32,000 nucleotides of DNA, from assembly GCF_002201895.1 (NCBI RefSeq), contig NZ_CP019436.1:759619-791618 (forward strand), read 5' to 3'. The stretch is from Methanopyrus sp. SNP6 (GTDB lineage Archaea; JAADCQ01; Methanopyri; Methanopyrales; Methanopyraceae). Shown in pieces: positions 8,925 through 15,979 of this stretch. How positions within the stretch are numbered: the stretch's first letter is position 1; the number at the start of each line of letters is the position of its first letter. Under the pieces are notes generated by a model that was not told the DNA's origin, ran no database searches, and worked only from the letters and a program-made list of their open reading frames with translations. The position numbers and the translations under genes were made by a program.

Positions 8925-10841
8925 GTGGAAGAGAAGAAACCTTCGTGTCCGTACACTGATGAAGTCGTATGCGAACTGGTCGAGCACGCGAAGGAGCTGA
9001 ATGAGGAGATACCGAGTGTAGAGACCCCACATATCCGATGGCCAGTTCAGTTCCCGAAATGCCCGTATGGCAAGCAGGGCGTTTGGTGTAACATCTGCTC
9101 GAACGGCCCGTGCCGGATCACGGAGAAGACGCCACGAGGTGTCTGCGGAGCGACGGCGGACGTGATCGTAGCACGGAACTTCTTGCGTCACGTCGCCGCC
9201 GGAGCCGCCTGCTACTTACACTGCCTGGAAAACGCCGCCAGGGCCTTAAAGTCCGTAGCGGACGAGGAATCCCCTTACGAGATCGCGGACGAGAAGGCGC
9301 TGAGGCACGCTGCCGAAGTTTACGGTCTAGATGCATCAGGTAAACCGGAAGACGTGGCCGAAGAGATCGCGGAGTTCATCCTCGAGGACATTTACAGGCC
9401 GAGATACGAGGAATCGGAAGTGTTCAAGGCGGTTGTGCCGGATTGGCGTATCGAGATGTATGAAGAAATGGGTCTAATTCCGGGCGGAGCTAAGTCGGAG
9501 GTACACGACGCACTCGTCAAGACAAGTACGAACCTCAACTCAGATCCCTTAGACATGCTCCTCCACGTGCTGCGGCTGGGACTGATCACCGGACCTGTTT
9601 CGCTCTTCGGAGTGGAGACGATCAACGATATCCTCTTCGGTAGCCCGAGGATCACGCAAACGGAGGGTGGTCCCGGAATATTGGATCCGGACTATGTCAA
9701 CATCATGACCACCGGTCACCAGATGTCTCTCATGAAATACCTAACGGACGCCGCCGAGAGGCTGGAAGAAGAGGCCAAGGCGGCAGGCGCTAAAGGCATC
9801 AGGATCATCGGTGCGACGTGCGTCGGTGACGATTTCGAGGCACGTGCCGACCACCTACCGGACACGTACGCGGGTTTCGCGGGCAACAATTTCGCTACGG
9901 AGGCACTCGCAGCGACGGGTCTCGTGGACGCGATCGTGAGCGAGTTTAACTGCACGTTCCCAGGTCTGAAGTTCTACGGTGAAAAGCTGGACGTTGAGCT
10001 GATCGCAGTCGACGACGTGGCTAAGGTGTGGGGAGCAAAGCTGATCTTATGGGACCCGGAGCGTGCCGAAGAGGTCGCGGAGGAGGCCGTCCGGAGAGCT
10101 ATAGAGGCGTTCAAGGAGCGGAGGTCGAAGCACGAAGATAAGATCCTAGAGCCGGAGCATAAGCACGAGAACGTGGTCGGGTTCGGATACTTCTCGATCG
10201 AGGAGGCGGTAGGTTGGGAGAACGTTCTCAAGCTGATCGAAGAGGGCACCATCCGCGGAGTGTGCGCCATCGTGGGTTGTACGAACCTCTCCAGCGGCGG
10301 CCACAACGTGCCGGCGGTCGAACTCGCAAAGGAGATGATCAAGCGCGACGTGCTCGTGCTCGGTGCAGGTTGTGTGAACGGAGCGTTCGCCAATGCTGGA
10401 ATGTTCAACCCTAAGGCAGCCGAGCTGGCCGGTGATAACCTCAGGAAGGTGTGCGAGGAGTTGAATATTCCACCGGTACTGCATTACGGCCCGTGTTTAG
10501 CGATCGGTAAAGTCGAGCATCTCGTTTTCGAGATCGCAGAGATACTTCGAGAGAAAACAGGTGAGGAAATCGACATACCGGACGTACCCGCCGTTGCGAG
10601 TGCGCCGCAGTGGCTCGAGGAGCAAGCCCTAGCGGACGCGTCCTCGGCCCTAGCTCTAGGTATCACGCTGCACGTGAGCCCAGTGCCGCCAGTGACCGGT
10701 AGCGAACTGGTTACGAAGACGTTGCTGGAAGACCTACCGGACCTCACCGGCGGCGAGCTGATTGTAGAGACGGACATGAGACGGGCCGGAAAGACCCTAG
10801 CCGATAAGATCGAAGAAAAGCGGAAACGGCTCGGTATCTAG
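8925..10841 (+). CDS. cooS: Ni-dependent anaerobic carbon monoxide dehydrogenase catalytic subunit (CooS type)
   Basis: 638 aa. The N-terminal Cys clusters read CPYGKQGVWCNICSNGPCRI..RGVCGATADVIVARNFLRHVAAGAA. Later motifs are TTGHQ, IIGATCVG and IVGCTNLSSGGHN. Size and layout match CooS rather than the roughly 800-aa CdhA. Confidence 0.9.
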   Translation: MEEKKPSCPYTDEVVCELVEHAKELNEEIPSVETPHIRWPVQFPKCPYGKQGVWCNICSNGPCRITEKTPRGVCGATADVIVARNFLRHVAAGAACYLHCLENAARALKSVADEESPYEIADEKALRHAAEVYGLDASGKPEDVAEEIAEFILEDIYRPRYEESEVFKAVVPDWRIEMYEEMGLIPGGAKSEVHDALVKTSTNLNSDPLDMLLHVLRLGLITGPVSLFGVETINDILFGSPRITQTEGGPGILDPDYVNIMTTGHQMSLMKYLTDAAERLEEEAKAAGAKGIRIIGATCVGDDFEARADHLPDTYAGFAGNNFATEALAATGLVDAIVSEFNCTFPGLKFYGEKLDVELIAVDDVAKVWGAKLILWDPERAEEVAEEAVRRAIEAFKERRSKHEDKILEPEHKHENVVGFGYFSIEEAVGWENVLKLIEEGTIRGVCAIVGCTNLSSGGHNVPAVELAKEMIKRDVLVLGAGCVNGAFANAGMFNPKAAELAGDNLRKVCEELNIPPVLHYGPCLAIGKVEHLVFEIAEILREKTGEEIDIPDVPAVASAPQWLEEQALADASSALALGITLHVSPVPPVTGSELVTKTLLEDLPDLTGGELIVETDMRRAGKTLADKIEEKRKRLGI

Positions 10842-10861
10842 TTCCAACCCACACTTCCGGG

Positions 10862-11974
10862 ATGGTGATGGTCATGGAGATCGAGGCGATCCGTATCGCA
10901 ACGGGAGCTCCTGGCGATCTGTATATGGTGGCAGAAATCGCGGAGGGCGAGGTTGTAAACGCCGAAGTGTGCTCTAGTACGACACCAGTCTCCTGGGAGA
11001 CGCTCGTCCTCGAGAAGCCCGTGGAGTTCGCCGTGGTAGCAGCCGAACGAGTATGCGCCAGCTGTGACGCGAGTCTAGGGCTCGCCGTAGCCGAGGCGGC
11101 CGAGGCGGCTCTTGACGTCGAGATCCAGGACGAAGCAGAGCGAGCGCGTGAGATTCTGAACATGGCTAACATCGTCAGGGCACACGCCACCGTGCTGGCG
11201 AGGACCGACTTCATCAACGTGAAGAAGCCAGCATACGACCTGGTAAAGGCAGCGAAAGACATCATGCATGCCGTCGGAGGAAAGCCAGATCACCCACCGG
11301 CCGTGACCGTAGGAGGTATGAACATCGAAAGGCTACCCGTAAACAGGATTGAATCCGTAGCCAAAGATGCCGCCGATGTAGCAGACAGGCTCGAAGACGA
11401 GGTCGGATTCGAGGTAGATCGGGCGGAGGAAGGTATCAATGTGGAGACTGAAGAGGTACCGACGGGACTGAAGGTTTCGGATACATACAAGGGCGACATA
11501 GATCCAGACAAGGTCGAGGTTCTAATGCCGGACGAGTTCTACCGGATGAGAACCACCCTGAAGATAGCGAACAACGTCGTCGCCAGGTATGACGGGGAAC
11601 CCGTCCTCGTCGGTCCTTACGCCCGAGTAAGGAGAGTGGAGAACCCGCTAGACCTCTACACCGTCAGGGCCGAGGAAATAGCGAGGATGCTCGACGGTAT
11701 CGCAAACGCCACATCCGGGCTAGACCCGACCGGGAACTTCCGAACGGACGTCGAGCTCGGCTCGGGAGTGGGTACGGCGGCCGTGGAGGCACCAGAAGGT
11801 ACTCTGATCGTCTCGCTGGAACTACGGGCGGGGCGCGTGGATAAAGCCCTGATGCTAACACCATGCAACTTCAAGGTTGCGGCGGTCGTGGAGATGGTAC
11901 GCGGCCTGACGGTTGACGGGGCTGAAACCGTTCTGCGCGCGGTCGGCCTCTCCGGTAGATGTCTTACTCACTAG
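10862..11974 (+). CDS. [NiFe]-hydrogenase large-subunit-like protein (FrhA-like) with a degenerate active-site ligand set
   Basis: 370 aa. The N-terminal motif ERVCASCDASL replaces RxCGxCxxxH (CxxC kept, His lost). The C-terminus ..VGLSGRCLTH* replaces DPCxxCxxH, with Ser at the first Cys position, and the protein ends exactly at the His. Confidence 0.8.
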   Translation: MVMVMEIEAIRIATGAPGDLYMVAEIAEGEVVNAEVCSSTTPVSWETLVLEKPVEFAVVAAERVCASCDASLGLAVAEAAEAALDVEIQDEAERAREILNMANIVRAHATVLARTDFINVKKPAYDLVKAAKDIMHAVGGKPDHPPAVTVGGMNIERLPVNRIESVAKDAADVADRLEDEVGFEVDRAEEGINVETEEVPTGLKVSDTYKGDIDPDKVEVLMPDEFYRMRTTLKIANNVVARYDGEPVLVGPYARVRRVENPLDLYTVRAEEIARMLDGIANATSGLDPTGNFRTDVELGSGVGTAAVEAPEGTLIVSLELRAGRVDKALMLTPCNFKVAAVVEMVRGLTVDGAETVLRAVGLSGRCLTH

Positions 11975-11986
11975 GGGGAGCTCGAA

Positions 11987-12712
11987 GTGAAGGTGGCTGT
12001 TCTGTCCCTTATGGCTTGTGGTGCATGCGCCAGGAACCTGGAGGAGTGTTGCTACGAAGATGGTCATGAGATAGTCTGGTCGAGCCTAGATGGCGACGAA
12101 GGAGAACCGGACGCCGACGTTCTGTTCGTAGAAGGCTCGGTGGACTTTGCCGACGCCGAGACCCTGGAGAAGTTAGAGGAGGCGGCTTCAGCCGCCAGCA
12201 CTGTGGTATCACTGGGCTCCTGTGCTGCCACCGGAGGTTTCGAGCGACACGTTATAGGCATGCGCGATCCCGACAGACACCACTTTACGGTCTTCCCAGC
12301 CGCCAAATTCATCGACACGGACTATGCTATCAACGGCTGCCCACCCACTACTGACGTGATCGCATCCTTCCTCAGAGCGCTAGAGGAGGGGAACGAGGAT
12401 GAACTCCGGCCGTACGAAGTCCTGTCCGGGGATTTCCACGAGCTTACACCGGAGTCATCCCAAGTAACCGGTCCGACGATACCGGTCGAGGACGTGCTCC
12501 TGACGTCGAACAAGGACTTGTGCTTAGGCTGTGACTTAGACGTGATTGAGAGAGATCTCTTCTGCGTTGGCTGCGGAACGTGCGCCGCCTCCTGTCCGGC
12601 GTGGGCCATCGAGATGGACGAGAAACCAGTGATCCAACAAGAGAGATGCATTCGGTGCGGAACTTGCTTCGTGAGTTGTCCTAGATCGTTCGAGATCCCC
12701 AATGGGAGGTGA
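11987..12712 (+). CDS. [NiFe]-hydrogenase small-subunit-like Fe-S protein (FrhG-like) with a C-terminal 2x[4Fe-4S] ferredoxin domain
   Basis: 241 aa. The proximal-cluster ligand pattern is MACGAC, LGSCAATGGF and INGCPP. These are followed by CVGCGTCAASCP and CIRCGTCFVSCP. Confidence 0.8.
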   Translation: MKVAVLSLMACGACARNLEECCYEDGHEIVWSSLDGDEGEPDADVLFVEGSVDFADAETLEKLEEAASAASTVVSLGSCAATGGFERHVIGMRDPDRHHFTVFPAAKFIDTDYAINGCPPTTDVIASFLRALEEGNEDELRPYEVLSGDFHELTPESSQVTGPTIPVEDVLLTSNKDLCLGCDLDVIERDLFCVGCGTCAASCPAWAIEMDEKPVIQQERCIRCGTCFVSCPRSFEIPNGR

Positions 12713-12715
12713 TCT

Positions 12716-13627
12716 ATGTTGCGCAAACTGATCCGAAAAATGGTGAATAAAAACAAAGATGAACCCACAAAGAACGACCCCCTGGACTCCGAGATCGTAG
12801 GTAAGTACCGTGAAATCTACTTAACCAGAGCAACGGACGAACTCATTCGCGAGCGCGGACAGGACGGAGGTACCACTACTGCGCTGCTAGCCCACGCGTT
12901 GGAGAAGGGTACGGTGGAAGCCGTAGTCACTTCGACTACCACAACAGAAGCTTGGAAGCCCGAGCCCGTGATCGTCACCGATCCAGACGAACTAATCGAG
13001 ACAGCCGGATCGAAGTACTCAATCTCTCCAAACGTTAGCGTCCTCGACAGGGCCATAGCTTCGTATGACTCAGTAGCCCTCGTAGGGACGCCGTGTCAAA
13101 TTACCGCAGTGAAGAAGTCGGAGGTGTACCCTTACGGAATGACCAGCGTGATGGATAGGGTGGAACTGACAGTCGGTATCTTCTGCACCGAGAACTTCCA
13201 GTACGAGAACCTACTGAAGTTACTTGAAGATATAGAAGTAAGCATCGAGAACGTCGAGCGTATGGACATCAGTCGTGGTAAATTCGTAGTAAAAACCGAG
13301 GACGGTGATGAACGGTCGGTACCGGTTTCCGAGCTAGGCGATTACGCCAATGAAGCGTGTAACTACTGCACGGATTTAACGGCTGAGGACGCAGACGTCA
13401 GCGTGGGATCCGTAGGCGCGCCAGACGGGTGGAATATCGTCCTGATTCGAACGAAGAGAGGCGAGAAGGTGTTCCGATCCGCCGTAGACGACAACGTCCT
13501 AGAAGTCAAGGGTATCGGAGAAGGGGATCCGAACCTGCTCGAGAGACTGGCCAGGGACAAGAAGAGGCGCATTCATACCTCAGTGTGTGCCACTTGGAGG
13601 CCCTACCACCCAAACATTCCATTATAA
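12716..13627 (+). CDS. FrhB/FdhB-family F420-interacting flavo-Fe-S subunit (FrhB-like)
   Basis: 303 aa with family hallmarks RGQDGGTTTALLAHALEKG, GSKYSISPNVS, VGTPCQITA, VGIFCTENF and CNYCTDLTAEDADVSVGSVG. Confidence 0.85.
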   Translation: MLRKLIRKMVNKNKDEPTKNDPLDSEIVGKYREIYLTRATDELIRERGQDGGTTTALLAHALEKGTVEAVVTSTTTTEAWKPEPVIVTDPDELIETAGSKYSISPNVSVLDRAIASYDSVALVGTPCQITAVKKSEVYPYGMTSVMDRVELTVGIFCTENFQYENLLKLLEDIEVSIENVERMDISRGKFVVKTEDGDERSVPVSELGDYANEACNYCTDLTAEDADVSVGSVGAPDGWNIVLIRTKRGEKVFRSAVDDNVLEVKGIGEGDPNLLERLARDKKRRIHTSVCATWRPYHPNIPL

Positions 13628-13650
13628 TTCTTTACTCAGGGGTCAGAGCT

Positions 13651-14115
13651 GTGATAGGACCGCGGGACTTCCTGAGGTACTTCCTCTTCTCTTACATAGT
13701 CACCTCTGCACAGCTGCTTGGAGATAAAGCTCCAACTCTGCGGCGAATGGTATGCAAAAACGCGGTAAAGGCGTTACTGCGCGAGCATCCGGAGCTGAAA
13801 GACGTTGAGCCTGTAGAGCTTGTCAAAACTGTGGCAGAGAGCCTTCTAGGGGCAGACGTCAGGGTAGATGAGAAGTCGGAAGAAGCAGTCGTACATGTGA
13901 GAGGGTGTGAGATCTGCCCTCGCGATCTGATCGAAGAGTTCGTAGGCGAAAACCCCAGCTTAGAAGGTCACATCTTCAGCTACAACGTGTGCGCGTTTGC
14001 GACTATGGCTGAGGAGGTTCTGCACGCTCTGGATTATGATTTCATCATCGAACACGAACCGATCAAACGCGGGCACTGCCGCGTAATCGTCAAGTCTAGG
14101 GATACTGAGAATTGA
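13651..14115 (+). CDS. Small V4R-like (4-vinyl-reductase-type) domain protein, divergent
   Basis: I place the start at GTG 13651, which has ATTATAATTC 25-30 nt upstream. The track start at 13429 lies inside frhB-like. The architecture VVHVRGCEICPRD..HIFSYNVCAFATMAEEVL..EPIKRGHCRVIVKS parallels the V4R domain of the next gene. The family call is tentative. Confidence 0.5.
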   Translation: MIGPRDFLRYFLFSYIVTSAQLLGDKAPTLRRMVCKNAVKALLREHPELKDVEPVELVKTVAESLLGADVRVDEKSEEAVVHVRGCEICPRDLIEEFVGENPSLEGHIFSYNVCAFATMAEEVLHALDYDFIIEHEPIKRGHCRVIVKSRDTEN

Positions 14116-14678
14116 TCTCCAGTTGACGTCCCTACGTCTCCTCAAAGTGACCTGGGAGGTAGGTGTTATCGGCACGTGAACACGTCAGATACGGGTTACT
14201 GAGGCATCGGCCCGCGCGCTACCCTCGATCGACTCCTAGGGAAACGGTACGATTTTTTCCGTCCGTCTAAAGAACGTTCGAAGTTCCTTCCCCGCTCGAT
14301 GGGGAAGTCTTGAGCTCGTCGTCAGACCTCCGCCGTCTTCGTCGTGCTAAAGACTTCTCAGGACTCGGGAGTCATCCTGGCGGGGCTAGGGACAGTAACT
14401 ACTGTGACATGGTTTCGGTTACATTGAAAATCGAAGTCGAACGGATCACTCGGAAAACCACGGGCGATGATCCGACTTGTACTGGGAGCTTGAATCCTGC
14501 TAGGCAGTACCGATCGGTGGGCGGTTGTTTAACCTTGGATAAAGAAGATTAGGATAACGACGCGTTGAGGACGGGTATCTGTTAACCTGATGAGACGAGT
14601 CTGGGACCCGGTTTGGGCAGGGGGCACCCGAGCTGACGGCGCGGCTCGACGGTCGGAACCTTCAAGGGGGTCCGAGCT

Positions 14679-15416
14679 ATGAAGTTGATGATTAACGTGC
14701 CGAAGGAGATCGCAAAGGCTTTGGACAGCAAAACGCGGCGTGAGATTCTGAAACTGCTGGAAGAACGCGGATCGATGACTATATCGGATATCGCCAAAGA
14801 ACTGAACATGTCCAAATCGACTGTTCATCACCATTTGCAGGAACTCCGAAAGGTCGGTCTCGTGGACGTCATTAAGGAGGACCGCGAAACTCCACTCCCG
14901 AAGCGTTACTACGGGCTAGTGAGGAGACCCGTCCGAGTGTCGGAACCGAAGCTCGAAGACGCGTCCAAATACGTCATGAAAGTCCTAGAACGTGGGGAAG
15001 ATCTGGGAACGTCGATGGCACTAGTGATCGCGGCCGCATATCGCGCGGTGTTGGAATCGCTGGGTATTGACGCTTCGGAGGTCCTGTACGAGCTCGGAAA
15101 GGAGGTCGGTAAGCGACTAGCGGAACTGGAACCTGGGGAGGACGTGCTACGGAAGGGCTTAGAGATCATAGCAGAGTCAGTGGAATTCCGTCAGGAGGAC
15201 GACCGTGTGGTGGTCGAGATTGAAGGATGTCGAGAGTGTTCCGACCTACCCTACGGCCCCGCATGTCATCTGGAAGCGGGAATAATAGCTGGTGTTCTGT
15301 CGAGTTTGAGGGAACTAACTTACGAAGTCCGAGAGATAGAGTGCTGCGGAGAGGGCGCTCATAAATGCGTGTTCGTGGCGGAGCCAGCTACTGGCGAAGA
15401 ACACCCCAGGTCCTAG
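14679..15416 (+). CDS. ArsR-type winged-helix transcription regulator fused to a V4R domain
   Basis: 245 aa. The N-terminal HTH reads RREILKLLEERGSMTISDIAKELNMSKSTVHHHLQELRKVGLV. The C-terminal V4R pattern reads VVEIEGCRECSD..PACHLEAGIIAGVL..EIECCGEGAHKCVFV. Confidence 0.75.
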   Translation: MKLMINVPKEIAKALDSKTRREILKLLEERGSMTISDIAKELNMSKSTVHHHLQELRKVGLVDVIKEDRETPLPKRYYGLVRRPVRVSEPKLEDASKYVMKVLERGEDLGTSMALVIAAAYRAVLESLGIDASEVLYELGKEVGKRLAELEPGEDVLRKGLEIIAESVEFRQEDDRVVVEIEGCRECSDLPYGPACHLEAGIIAGVLSSLRELTYEVREIECCGEGAHKCVFVAEPATGEEHPRS

Positions 15417-15750
15417 TGACTTTGGACACTCCCTCTACCCAGGCGACCAAGGCTAGTGTTGCAGCTATCTCCTCGTTGGTGACTTCAGCTACGTTCTTCG
15501 CTGTCTCGGCAATGAGGTTTACTCTACGCTCGTCTCCGGCAGCCGCCGCCAAAGCTAGTGCGATAAGGTGTTTCGTCTTGTTGTCCAACGGAGATTCATT
15601 CCACACTATTCTATGAAGCTCCTCAACGACCTCCGCGTACTCGTCTCCTAGCATCTCTTCGGCGTACTTCACGGCTATCAAACCTTTTTCCTCCTCCCTC
15701 TCGGCCGGTTCGCCGGGCTTCCTAGACAACGGCAGCCCCCCGCACGCCAT
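15388..15750 (-). CDS. Carboxymuconolactone decarboxylase / AhpD-like family protein
   Basis: 120 aa with the core SPLDNKTKHLIALALAAAAGDE typical of the CMD/AhpD fold. The 3' end overlaps the convergent regulator gene by 29 nt. Confidence 0.75.
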   Translation of the reverse strand: MACGGLPLSRKPGEPAEREEEKGLIAVKYAEEMLGDEYAEVVEELHRIVWNESPLDNKTKHLIALALAAAAGDERRVNLIAETAKNVAEVTNEEIAATLALVAWVEGVSKVTRTWGVLRQ

Positions 15751-15979
15751 AGTTGGGGAGAAGTTAAACGGGGAGCGTGTTCTATCAAAGTCGAAAATCT
15801 TTAATTTCTCCAGATGCCCAAAGCCCGCGCACCGAATCCTGTAATGCCCTAGCTATTGGACGGTATGGCAACTCGACATGGGGTGTTGAACGTTTCCGGG
15901 AAGTGAGTGGACGTCCCCCCTCATGTGGGGTCCGATGATGCTATCAGACTGTTCCTGAGGTCCGACCGGGGTAGGCTAG

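Noticed and set aside
8787-9191. Upstream 135 codons of the 277-aa minus-strand ORF 8358..9191
   Set aside because: It is antisense to the conserved N-terminus of CooS and contains the only TATA-like element of the divergent region. A good SD-plus-TTG exists at 8786. An intermediate TTG at 8900 cannot be excluded.
14310-14552. 80-aa plus-strand ORF in the long spacer upstream of the ArsR-V4R gene
   Set aside because: It has a TTG start without an SD or TATA at a suitable distance. Its composition (S/R/G/T-rich, few acidic residues) is unlike neighbouring proteins. It is kept only as part of the spacer finding.
14587-14594. CUGAUGAG, the hammerhead-ribozyme core word and also box C-like
   Set aside because: The downstream sequence lacks the required stem II closure and the CGAAAC/GAAA core. 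There is also no D box at C/D sRNA spacing and no terminal stem.
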